28,102 bases of DNA from a virus (Duplodnaviria > Caudoviricetes), in the IMG/VR virus record IMGVR_UViG_3300005662_000168, positions 1-28,102 of that record. One strand, written 5' to 3'. Below, one piece after another: positions 8,347 through 19,314 of the stretch (position 1 is its first letter; each line of letters begins with the position of its first letter). A model generated the notes under the pieces. That model made no database searches. It was not told where the DNA came from and saw nothing but the letters and a program-made list of their open reading frames with translations. The position numbers were made by a program, and so were the translations under genes.

Positions 8347-8778
8347 GTGAGTGATTGGAAGAACTTTATAAATGTTAACGGTAATTTTGAATTACCAAAC
8401 TTTTTATACAAAACAATAAATGATCTAATGAAACAAGCTTTAGATATGGGAACTTTGTTGTCGGATGATCCATATAAATTAAGAGCTTATAAAGAACAAA
8501 CAAAAAAATTGTTTAAAAATAAATGGTATGATTTAGCTCAAGCTTTAGAATTTTTTGAAATAATAGAACCATGCTCATGTGCTTCAGCAAGATTGGAAGC
8601 AAATGGTGGTAAGGATATTTACTGTGATATATGTAAAGGCGCTAGGTATATTATTTCTTCTGCGCTTACTCCTGACGAAATGCGTGAGGTTAGCATGTTT
8701 GTTAACGCGGCGCAAAATGTAGAAGTTGCAGAAAAACTACAAAAAAGTTTAATGAAGGTTCTTTCGGAACACTCATGA
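8347..8778 (+). CDS. hypothetical protein with CxC...CxxCxG zinc-binding motif
   Basis: AGGAG RBS, GTG start; upstream TGATATAAT; PCSC...YCDICKG. Confidence 0.8.
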   Translation: MSDWKNFINVNGNFELPNFLYKTINDLMKQALDMGTLLSDDPYKLRAYKEQTKKLFKNKWYDLAQALEFFEIIEPCSCASARLEANGGKDIYCDICKGARYIISSALTPDEMREVSMFVNAAQNVEVAEKLQKSLMKVLSEHS

Positions 8779-8952
8779 ACTGTGATAGATGTAATTACAA
8801 TTTAAACTTTGTTTACGAAGATGTAGTTCAAGGTGAGCAAGTATTACATATACAAGAGTACTATTGCCCTCGGTTGTAAAAGTTGTTTAATACAAACATA
8901 CGCCCAAGATGGGATTATTAAATCTGAATGGATTGATTTTAATGGAAAATAA
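8775..8952 (+). CDS. small zinc-finger protein (58 aa), joined by +1 frameshift at CGG 8871
   Basis: ATGA-coupled to upstream gene; MNCDRCNYNLNFVYEDVVQGEQVLHIQEYYCP-G-CKSCLIQTYAQDGIIKSEWIDFNGK; second CxxC only forms with the shift; stop overlaps next start. Confidence 0.75.
8871..8874 (+). other. +1 recoding site 2 (CCT C-GGT TGT)
   Basis: Zero frame stops 2 codons later; CPxC motif confines the shift to 8868-8875. Confidence 0.8.
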
Positions 8953-9676
8953 TATAGAAAGATTTGAAGATAAAAATTCTTTTATGGACAAGTTTGAGTC
9001 ACTTCGTCCTGATTTATTTTTTCCAGATGAATGGACAGATGAACAAAGAGAAAAAGCAGTATCTTTAGTCAGACCACAAAAAACTAGAACATCAATGTTT
9101 TCTTCAATCCCAATGAGATGTGAAGGTTCCAAGTGTATCTTTGCAGAGACATGCCCATTGCATCAACAAAATTTAGCGCCTAAAGGAAAAGCTTGTCCAA
9201 TTGAAATGGGAATGGTTTCTCAGTTTACGGGTGAATATATGGAACAATTAGACGTAAGTCCAGATAACTTAGTTGAAGTTTCAATGGTTCGAGATTTAGT
9301 TGATCAAGAAGTTCAATACTTGCGTAAAACAAAACTACTTGCTAAAGAACATTTTATTCAAGAAAATATTATTGGCATAGATAAAGATGGTGAACCAATT
9401 CTTAAAAAAGAATTACATCTTGCAGTAGAGCTGGAAGATAGATTACATAAAAGAAGAAAAGATTTACGTAATCAATTACTGGCAACTAGAGAAGCTAGAG
9501 CAAAAACTGGACAAACTCAACTTGACACGGCTCAAGCTATTTCGGATATTATTCACAAGGTACAAATGGTTGAAATAGAAAATAATAAACTTATCCGCAA
9601 AAAGCTTGGAACGTATGAGGTTGACGACTACATAGAAGCACAAACTCAATCGGACGAGAAAAATGATCCACTCTGA
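8942..9676 (+). CDS. Cys-cluster hypothetical protein with helical C-terminus (possible terminase small subunit)
   Basis: ORF 8909..9676, start MENNIE preferred; CxxxxCxxxxxCP...CP; function inferred only from position and size. Confidence 0.7.
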   Translation: MENNIERFEDKNSFMDKFESLRPDLFFPDEWTDEQREKAVSLVRPQKTRTSMFSSIPMRCEGSKCIFAETCPLHQQNLAPKGKACPIEMGMVSQFTGEYMEQLDVSPDNLVEVSMVRDLVDQEVQYLRKTKLLAKEHFIQENIIGIDKDGEPILKKELHLAVELEDRLHKRRKDLRNQLLATREARAKTGQTQLDTAQAISDIIHKVQMVEIENNKLIRKKLGTYEVDDYIEAQTQSDEKNDPL

Positions 9677-12600
9677 TCGTAGCACTTTTAATGATTTAGT
9701 TAATTTATCCGCTAGAATAACAAAAAATGGTGGAAAAAAAATTGGGGTACAAACAACTCCAATTACAAATGATATAGCAAGGCAATTGTTTAGTCGGTGG
9801 TGTTGAGGGTGTAAAGTCTATAGGTGCAACGTACTTAACTGATTCACCAGAAGAATTTATTTCTGCAGCAAACAATTGGATGAATCAATATATAACAGCA
9901 TTATCTGATCCAGCAAATTTAACGGCTTCAGCAAGAAGTAAATTTGTTGGAGCGTCAAACGCTAATAATATTAGAAATCTTTTAGCTTCAGAACACTTAA
10001 CTCTTGATATATTTAATAAAAAAACACAAGACGCATTGTACGGTTCCTTTAGAAGAGAAGTTGCTAAGATAGAACAAGTTATTGGATCTGATTTAATTGG
10101 TTTACCTGGACATGTTTTTCCAACAGAAAACGCGTATAGCATGTTTACTAAGTTGATAGTTGATCCATCTTCGGGTACTGCAGCTGGACAAGGGACGCAT
10201 CCATTTCTTAATCTTTTGTCAAAATTAAACTTTAACATTTCTACTGGAGCAGAAAGTATTAATGATATTAAATTAAGTAGAAATAGAATTCCAAACGTTT
10301 TTTCTACAATTAGAGAATATGAAAGAAGTAAAAAATATTTTCCAAAAGGATATGGAATAAATCCAGTTTCTGCAGCCGAACCTGGTCCAGTTGGTGCAAT
10401 GAACATGTTAGGATTTGATGTTGGTGATATTGGTAAAGAGTTTACAATTCATACATTTGACACCGAAACAACTGGCAGAGCAGTAGACTCTCAGGTTAGA
10501 GCTTTTTCTATTGTCGAAAGAAGAGTCAAATATACTGGCGATGGACTATATGAAGATTTAGCAGCGCCAAAAGTTATTATGAATAAACAGTTTAGATCTG
10601 GACAAATGGACATAGCTCATACATATAGAAACGGCGTAAAGATGCCATTGTCTGAAGCTACTCTTTTAGATGAATCTGGAGTAGATAGCGTTTTAAGTAG
10701 ATCAAGAGCTGCTTTTGATGATGGCGGTAAAATTTTTATTGACGACATGAAAGAAATATTAGATCTTTTTGTAAACAAATCTGATAGAGTTGGTGGACAC
10801 TACGCAGAGATATTCGACTTAGATAAAATATTTCAAACATTAATTGGCACACCAGAATTTCATAAAGACTCAGAAATTCAAGAACTTTATTCAAAGTTTC
10901 AACAAAGAAGAATGGATGACCCATCATTCTTTTTTGATACACACTCAAGCGCTCAAAGATTATTTGATCAACAAAAAGTTATTCTAAGAGAAAGATTAGG
11001 TAGTGTAATAGATGATGGGACAGAAGCTTCAAGGCAAGCACTTGAACAAGTTATTTCAGAAATTCAATTAGCTCCAGAACTTTTAGCTAAGGGAGCAAGT
11101 ACACCACAATCAATGCAGAATATAATGTTGAATACTAACTTTATTCAACTGTTAGAACAAGAATCTCCAGAAATGACAGAAAGCTTAATGAAGACAATTG
11201 GTCAAAGAGGAATGCACACCGCTGACGTTGACGCAATGTTGGAAGATTTTCTTGCAAAGTATATACAAACTTCAAAACTTCAGTTGCAACGTTTTCCAAC
11301 ACCAGGAAGACCAACTGGAACTTTAACGGGTGAAGCGGCAACACAATATGCAGCTAAATATGGAGCGGCTAAGCAAGCGGCGGAAGAATATGGTTTTATT
11401 AGAAAAGATAAAACTATGTCACAATTTGAAGCATATATGCGTAGATCGGCAGTGAGAAGCGGTGCAGTAACTCCAACTACAAATATTTCTGGAGTAGATA
11501 GAGTATCTGATGAGGTATTTCAATTTTTATCTGAAACTTCAGCTGGACAACAAAGATTGTCTTTGCAAGTTGATAATTCACTAAACACTGAATTGGGACT
11601 TAATCTTTCAGAAGGAGCAAAGGGCGAATTAAGTTATAATGCAAAGAGTAAACAATTTGAATATAGAAACTTTGGTGATAATCAAACTCAATTAGTTGAA
11701 GAGGGAAGAGCTAGAGAATATATAAGAAGAACATTATTAGAATCTCGTGACGCCACAGCAACTGAAAATATAGTATTGGGTAGTACAAAAGCTGGAGAAC
11801 AAATTTCAGCAACAGTAAATACTGGTCAATGGAGAACTAATGACATCCATTTTACAAATATTCAAGCTACAAAATTTGACCAAATGGTGGACGCTAAAAA
11901 AATAGCTAGCACTGTAACACGAACAGCGGAACCTATGTCGGCAGAATCTTTGTCCATCACTGCTGGATTAGATAAAACAATGATGACACCAGAAGCTTAT
12001 TCTAGATCCGTAATAGAAAAAGGTTTACCTTTTGCAGACGTAGATATGCAAACGCGAATACTTGCTGTAAAAAATGCTAAATCAACAAGCAGTGTTGGAA
12101 GAGCTATATTGCAGAATGCAACAAACCCAAAACTGCAAGCAATAAGTTCAGCTATTGAATCAGCTGGAGATAGAGCAGCTGTAGAAAATATGGACCTTTT
12201 ATCTGAAATGGGATTACAATGGTTTGCTGGTCAAGGTCAAAATTCAATGTTTGGATCATCTGGATTTGCCGATAATAGCTACTTGAGATTGCCAACTCAA
12301 TCACAAAGTGTAAATAGAGCATCTAAAGTTATTATGACATCTGATGATTTTAGTCAATTAGTAATTAGAGGAAGAGCTGATGAGTCAATTCAGATTGGCA
12401 CTAAAGCATTTGCTTCAAGTAGATATAGTAATTTTTATAAATCTTTCTACAATAATGGTGGAGTAGAAGGAGTTAACATGGTTTTTAATCCGAGTGGATT
12501 AAACGAAACCGCTTTAAATGATTTAGCAGAACAAGTAATGGGTCTTCAGGTTAAAAGATTTGCAACTGAAGTAGAAGGGGTTAGAGTTGTATCTCAAAAG

Positions 12601-13518
12601 GGACAAGTAGCAGATGATATTGTTTCATTGGGTAAAGCAATTTTTGGCGAACATGTTGAAGATACAAAATTAGTGGAAGAATTGTTTTCTTTAAATGGGG
12701 CAAAAAGACTCGCACGCTTAGAAGCGTATGATCAATCAGAAGAGGCTGTAAGTAGGGGTGTAAGTAGTGTTAGGAATTATCAAAACACAGTAGAGCAGCT
12801 AGGTACGACGATAAGAGAAGGTGGAATAGTAGCCTATACTAATACCGACGCAACGGCAGTTCAAGCTATGAAACAAGACGCTATAAGAAGCGGAATTGAC
12901 TTTTATAATGATGAACAATCTAAAACGCTAACATCTCGAATGGTAATATCAGATACAGGCGGTGCAGCTTTTACTGAGGGCGAAGACATGGTCATTAGAA
13001 CTGGAGTTAAACAAGTTACAGAAGGTATAGCTGATGATGTGGCTAGAGAAGCCGTTATCGGAGAAGCCGCTAGAGCTGGAGAAACGGCACTTGAAACATT
13101 TGGTGAACACGCTGAATTACTAAGAACAGACGAAGCATTTGCTAGCGCAGCTAGACAAGCAAGAACAAAAGCTACAGAAGGAATAGGCGCTCAAGAGATT
13201 AAAGCTGGAGCTGAGTTTATTAGAAGAAATAAAAAAGCTCTAGCTATAGGAGCAGCAGTAAGCTTTGCCGCTTATGGGGCTCATAAATTTAATCAAAGAA
13301 GAAAGGAAAATGAGCTTTATGAGCGTACTATAGAGGTTGCACCAGTAGAGTCTGGTTCTAGGCCATATGGTATTCAAGATGCTTTAATGAAGGGTAATCA
13401 ATCTTCTTCAAGGAGAGATCCGTTAGTTACTGCTGGTATTGTAGGAAATTTAGATAGATCTAAGATAGGGCACTCGATGATGGGAAGCGATAAGCATTCC
13501 CATTTATTCGGAGGATAA
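9663..13518 (+). CDS. large protein (~1284 aa) with DEDDh/DnaQ-like exonuclease motifs and C-terminal hydrophobic segment; joined by +1 frameshift at CGG 9795
   Basis: FDTETTG, GGHYAEIFD, FFDT, HTADVD; 44-codon leader from ATG 9663 (overlapping upstream stop) joins the frame of 9880..13518, open from 9778. Confidence 0.8.
9795..9798 (+). other. +1 recoding site 3 (AGT C-GGT GGT)
   Basis: In-frame CGG within 26-nt overlap window 9778-9803. Confidence 0.75.
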
Positions 13519-13520
13519 TA

Positions 13521-14159
13521 ATGGGAATTTTGGCAAAATTAGGAAAAGGCACTTATAAAGCTGCAACTTCTAAAGTTGGCGCAGCCACAATTATAGGTGG
13601 AGCTGCTATTGCTGGACTATCTAAGGAAGCTTTACCAGCAGCAAGAGACGCAGCTATGGATGTAGCTTTTGGTGACCCTAATGCAGATGAATCTTTTCTT
13701 GGTAGAAAGTTAAGCCCAGGTAGCGTATTTGACGCTGTTGCTCCAGGTATGACTGGTGGAGCTGGAACCGCAGGAATGGTTGGATCAATTGGGGCAGTTG
13801 GAATTGGAGCTGGTCTTGGAACCACGGCGGGTGCAATGGTTGGAAATATGATAAAAAATCCAGCAGGTAGTCGACTGGCAACTAAAGCTTTGCGAGGTGG
13901 AGCAATTGGCGGAATAGTTGGAGCTGGTTTAGGTTTAGCTGCTGTTGGTGGCGCGATTAATAGTTATGTAAGTAGAAATGAAAGATTTTTTACAGAATCA
14001 CCCTATGTTGGAAAAGGAAGAGTTTTAAGAAGAGACAACATGCAGTATGATCCAGGACAAGTTTCAGGATCAAATAATGTTTCATTAAGAAACGCACAAG
14101 ACTTAAACGCAGACGGAAGCATTGTGCTCGGAATGCATAACCTAAGAAGAGGAATGTAA
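13521..14159 (+). CDS. Gly/Ala-rich hydrophobic protein (putative virion-internal/ejection protein)
   Basis: GGAGG RBS; several glycine-zipper-like stretches (GGAIGGIVGAGLGLAAVGG). Confidence 0.8.
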   Translation: MGILAKLGKGTYKAATSKVGAATIIGGAAIAGLSKEALPAARDAAMDVAFGDPNADESFLGRKLSPGSVFDAVAPGMTGGAGTAGMVGSIGAVGIGAGLGTTAGAMVGNMIKNPAGSRLATKALRGGAIGGIVGAGLGLAAVGGAINSYVSRNERFFTESPYVGKGRVLRRDNMQYDPGQVSGSNNVSLRNAQDLNADGSIVLGMHNLRRGM

Positions 14160-14162
14160 TAA

Positions 14163-15819
14163 ATGAGTGACATTTCTTCTTTTCAAGATTTAGAAACACC
14201 AGGTAGCGCTCAAGAAATTCCAGGTTTTCTTGGCGATGCTATGCGCACGCAAGAAACAATGGCTGGTGTAACCAGTATTCCCCTTGTAGCTGGATTAAAT
14301 CAGTATAGAGGTCAAAACACAATTCTTAAAGGTGGCTTCTTAGATAACAGAAGCATGTTTGCGACAAAGGGACAAACTAAACTCAGACCATTTAGAAAAG
14401 GTGCGTTAACTCCGACAACAGTACAAAGAGCAGGAAGTCCATACGTTGGTGGAGTAAATATATTTGGTAGACAAACTAGAAGAGGCGCAAAGTTATCTAG
14501 GCCAAAGCAAATGCATAGCTCTAATAGATTAGGCAGAATGCTTGGGATGAGTGGAGGAGAAGGCGTTGCAACAGCTTCAAGGCTTGATTATAAAGCGCCA
14601 ATGTTTAAAGGTTTTAGAAGACAAAACCTAACATTAAATCCATTTGCATTTGGTAGGCACGCAAGCGTAAGCAGGTTTGGTCCTACGGGACAAGGATTTT
14701 ATGCAGCGCATAGCGGTGGAGCATTTGCTAATTTAGGAAATATGTTAACTGGACGGACAAGCCAATCCTAAATTTAGTGGTGGAATGTTTTCTAGACTTG
14801 GTGCCATTAATAAAATAGAAAGAAGAGCAGCTAGAGGTTTATCAACAGCTGGAGCTGATATGAACATAGCAAGAATAACCGCTATGAACAACCCTATGGC
14901 TTTAGTTCCAAAACAAGATGTTTTAAATGCAGCTAGACTCAATATGCGTGGAACGCTTGGCGGCCCTGCTTCAACAGCGGCTGAAAGACTAGCTTCAGCA
15001 AGAGCAACATTGGGAACACCAGAAGCAATGGCAGCAAGATTTGAATCTGGTGGTTTAAACGCACTAGGCGCATCACTAGTGGGCGCAGAAGGTGCAACTG
15101 CTGTATCGGTAGGCGCTAGAAGGTATGCTATGACTGAAGGCGTTCAGGGTTCTGCAAGTAGATCATTTATGCGTGGGATACTAACATCTGGTGGTGGTGT
15201 AGAAATGCGCACTGGAATGGGAACAGCTGGAATGAAAACATTTGGTGTTGGTCAGATACAGATGACTGAAACAGCAGAAAAAATGATTAGACCATTGGCT
15301 GGAGCATTTGAAAAGAACGCAGCTTTATACAACAGAGCATTGTCTAGAAACTTAGGAACAATGGGTTCACATCTAGCTCCTTCTATGGCTGAAGGTGTAG
15401 TTGGTCACAGAATGGGCTTAATGGCTACAGAAGTTGTAGAAAAAGGTATATTAAAATCTTTAGGCACTAGAGGCGCAATGCACGCAGTAAAAGCTGGTGG
15501 AGCACGAGTTGGTTTGGCGGTAGCTGGCGAAGCAGCATTAGCAGCAATACCTGGTGTTAATTTAATATTTGCAGCGGATATGGCTTATCAATTAGCTAAA
15601 CTGGGTGGAAAAGCTATTAAGGGTGGAATTAATTTTGGCAAGGATGCCATGAAGTCAATGCAAGGGAGCATGGCTGGTGGAATGTTTGGATCTTATAAAG
15701 ATGATGAGGTTAGAGCAACATCTAGAGCAAGAGGCGTTGCTGCAATTCAAAACAGTAGATTAAATGCCAGATCGCTATTAGGATCAGAAGGTGCGATGAT
15801 GGCTTCGCATTTCGGGTAG
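14163..15819 (+). CDS. Gly/Ala/Arg-rich protein (~551 aa; putative virion-internal/ejection protein), joined by +1 frameshift at CGG 14754
   Basis: ORFs 14163..14771 and 14785..15819 share composition and join as ...NMLTG-G-QANPKFSGGMF... Confidence 0.75.
14754..14757 (+). other. +1 recoding site 4 (GGA C-GGA CAA)
   Basis: In-frame CGG within 20-nt overlap window 14749-14768. Confidence 0.75.
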
Positions 15820-15827
15820 AATATACT

Positions 15828-17685
15828 ATGGACAAAACTAAAGAATTTCGCAAGCAATTAGAAAAGCTTCCAAGAGAAGATCTGCTTGAGATTATCAAAG
15901 CACAAGACCCTGAATATTTAAAACAAGTAAATAGAATTGAATGGGTTTTTGAAAACAAACTTAATCATATTAACTGGATGGATGGAACTCCAGTTACTGA
16001 AAGAAAGTTTACCAATAGAGAACTTGCGCTTTTGGTTGATGAGCCATTTGAAGTAGATAACAATCTTTTAAACATGCGGAATTTCTGCAGACCAACAAAG
16101 ACAAATACATATAGCTAAAGACCCATGCAGATGGGCAAAACATTTTCTAAAAGCTGAGACAAGAGTTTATCAAACTTTGATTTTGAGAGACCCTGCACTA
16201 AGAAAAGTATTAAGAGCTGGTCGTCGTTTAGGTAAAACATTTAGTATGGCTATCGCATTGTTGCACTATAGCTACACTCATAAAGATGGTAGATGTTTGG
16301 TTATCGCACCAATGAAATCTCACGTTGAATTAATTTATCAGGAAATTCTTCGCCTTGCAGCTAAGAATGAAATAGTTATGAATTCAATAACAAGAAAAGT
16401 AACTAGCCCTCAATTCATGATTCAATTTTCTAATGGTTCCACAATTCGATTCTTTACTTCTGGTATGAGATCAGGTGGAAAGTCAGACGTAGCTCGTGGT
16501 CAGGAAGCACATGTTATCGTGTTGGACGAAATGGACTACATGCACGCAGATGACCTTGACGCGCTTTATGCAATGCTCCAGAAGACAGCAGAAGACCAAC
16601 CAGATAAAGTTCTCATTGGTGCATCTACTCCAACTGGTAGACGAGAAAGATTCTGGGAATGGTGTAGAAGTGCTAGATTCCAAGAGTTCTGGTTTCCTTC
16701 GTATTGCAACCCATATTTTTCTAAAGATCAAGAAGATGAATTTAGAGAACAATATTCAGAGATGGGATATCGTCATGAAATTGAAGCAGACTGGGGAGAA
16801 GACGCAGAAGGTGTTTATCCTAGAAAGTTTGTAGATAAAGCATTTCTTGAGCCTTCTTGGGATTATGTTCCAGAAGTTCAATCAGCTAGATCTTTTTACA
16901 CCATTGGTGTTGACTGGGACAAATACGGTGCTGGAACTAACATAGTTGTTCTTGAAGTTTGCAGTGACACTTATGAGGATGAAAGATTTAGAGGAAAAGT
17001 AAGATTAGTTTACAGAGAAGAAATTGATAAATCTGAGTACACATTAACTAATGGTGTTAATAGAATTGTTGAATTAAATGATTCTTTCAATCCAAAACAT
17101 ATCTACGTTGACCGTGGGTATGGCGAAGTTCAAGTAGAACTATTGAGAAAATATGGAACAGAGAACCCTAAGTCTAATTTAAGAGATCGAGTTAGGGGAA
17201 TTGGATTTGGTGAATCAATAGAAATTAGAGATCCATACACTAAGCTTCCAGTTAAAAAAGAAATCAAACCTTATATGGTTGACAATCTTACTCAATATCT
17301 AGAAAGGGAAAAAATAGTATTTCCAGTTTCAGACGAAGAGATATATCTACAGTTAATTTCATATGTTGTAGTTAGAACTACTCAATCTGGTAGACCAGTT
17401 TTTGAAGCTGGTGGTTCAGCAGTAGACCACGCTCATGACGCTCTTATGTTAGCTTTATTAGCTATAACTCAAAACTATGGAGACTTCAGTAAATTAAAAG
17501 TTGCTAAAAATACAGAAAGCTTTTCAAATACTTTCTTTATGCCAAAACAAAATCCAGTCAATGAAGATGATGATAAGCCAGAGCCGTCTTCTGGTATCAT
17601 GGTTACTACAAAAAGAAACGCTCCGCTAATGCCAAGCTTTGGCAAGGGTAGACCAGCTAAAAGAGTTTCTAGGAAAATGTTTTAA
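15828..17685 (+). CDS. terL: terminase large subunit (~618 aa), joined by +1 frameshift at CGG 16077
   Basis: RAGRRLGKT (Walker A), IVLDEMD (Walker B), ASTPTG, IGVDW, YVDRGYG, DHAHDAL; DPCRWAKHFL..RVYQ segment lies upstream of the annotated TTG and is reached only by the shift. Confidence 0.93.
16077..16080 (+). other. +1 recoding site 5 (ATG C-GGA ATT)
   Basis: In-frame CGG within overlap window 16072-16115. Confidence 0.85.
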
Positions 17686-17693
17686 GGTGAACT

Positions 17694-19313
17694 ATGTCTT
17701 CTATTAACAGTATAAACAGCCAACTTTCTTCAGAGGAAAAACTTAATTTAGATTACTCCATGGAAGAATCATCTTCATTAAGTGCAACCGAATCAGCCTT
17801 TAGCCCAGGAAAAGCAAATTCTATTTTTAGACAACCTGGAGTTTCTTATGGAAGCGATCAACCCTATTCGGTTCCTCTTGATCTTTTAAGGCAAGAAGCA
17901 AAAAGTATAATCACAGATTTATATAAATTTCTAAACGATTTGGAAATTTTATTAAAGCAAGTTAATTTAGATCCATCAAATAATGCAAATCTAGAGCAAG
18001 CCCACGCGTACGTGTGGAATGAAATAAATAAAGTAGATCATCCATTTCCTAAAATAGAAGTAGAAGGTTATTTAGGTGAACTTAAATATCCAACACCATC
18101 TTTTATTTGCTTTGATCAATACCTTTATTCAGAGGGCGTTCAAACAAGAGGATATAGAAAATTTGTTAAAGAATATGATAATTTAATTTCGAATACAACT
18201 TTTGGACACATATATGATTTTAGAGAAATTATTAAGTATTTAATCAACGAAGCTAATTGCATCAACTTTTCGCTTGGTGCGGATTTTGGAGATAATTATG
18301 AAGATGACTCACAACAACAGGTCGCGTCGTACTACTTATACTGGCTCAAAATGGCAAGCCACTATAAGGAACTCTTTACCAAATCAATCACAGCAACGCC
18401 AACAGGTTTGCCAGAATCCGAAGTGGATAAAACAACTAAAAAGCAAGCCGCTCAATTTCAAGCATTTTTTTCTATCAAAGTAAATTCATTAACTACATTA
18501 GTTGATAGTCAATTAGATACACTACATAAGGACCTGGTAACAAACTGTGATGTTTTTTATTCCAAGTATTTAAGTCCATCATTAAAATTTAAGACTAAAG
18601 TAGTTTCTGATTTTGCTCTTGATATTAGAACTACAAACATGAAAACAGATTTACCTAGATTATCAGAGGAAGCAGCAATAGCATTATTAGCCGCAGAAGG
18701 TAATTTTAAATCTGTTTTAACAGATCTTTTAGAAAGAAGAAATAATACATCTACTAAGATAGATTCACTTTATCAATCTATCTTGGAAAGACGAAAGTAT
18801 ACAAGCTTTATATCTCAATTATCAGCAAAAGCAATATCTAGAAGAAAGATTATTACTAATAGCACAAACGATAAATATGCAGCACTGCTTTCTAGTTTAT
18901 ACGTAGATGAATCACATATAAACTCTTTAAAATCAAGTCATAATCTTTTAGACGATTTAGGTCAAGATAGCCATCCTCAATATTTGATGAAATCTGGTGG
19001 TTCAATAACTGGAGATATATTTGTAGAAAACGATGCTAGGGTTGATGGAGTTCAAATCTCTAAGCATGTTCATAATGGCGTTGATGGCTCACCTAGAATA
19101 AGATCAATAGACATTGATTACGAATCTGTAAGAATGGATATTAATCTTGAACAAATCAATTCTGCCGCTAAAGAAGTAATAATAAGCGTAGATTCATTTA
19201 CACCTGATATACTAACAGGAGGCGTACCAGTTGCAGATGTTAACATCAGCATTGAAATACCTGATGAATTTAAAGACAAATATGATTTTGAGATACTATA
19301 CGTAGAGTTATAA
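17694..19313 (+). CDS. putative virion structural protein (539 aa)
   Basis: C-terminal HNLLDDLGQDSHPQYL and VDGVQISKHVHNGVDG (HxH) motifs resemble those in phage fibre/spike proteins. Confidence 0.7.
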   Translation: MSSINSINSQLSSEEKLNLDYSMEESSSLSATESAFSPGKANSIFRQPGVSYGSDQPYSVPLDLLRQEAKSIITDLYKFLNDLEILLKQVNLDPSNNANLEQAHAYVWNEINKVDHPFPKIEVEGYLGELKYPTPSFICFDQYLYSEGVQTRGYRKFVKEYDNLISNTTFGHIYDFREIIKYLINEANCINFSLGADFGDNYEDDSQQQVASYYLYWLKMASHYKELFTKSITATPTGLPESEVDKTTKKQAAQFQAFFSIKVNSLTTLVDSQLDTLHKDLVTNCDVFYSKYLSPSLKFKTKVVSDFALDIRTTNMKTDLPRLSEEAAIALLAAEGNFKSVLTDLLERRNNTSTKIDSLYQSILERRKYTSFISQLSAKAISRRKIITNSTNDKYAALLSSLYVDESHINSLKSSHNLLDDLGQDSHPQYLMKSGGSITGDIFVENDARVDGVQISKHVHNGVDGSPRIRSIDIDYESVRMDINLEQINSAAKEVIISVDSFTPDILTGGVPVADVNISIEIPDEFKDKYDFEILYVEL

Positions 19314-19314
19314 T

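Noticed and set aside
16072-16177. Intron or intein in terL
   Set aside because: The gap is fully coding in the +1 frame; only one extra base is needed and no splicing motifs are seen.
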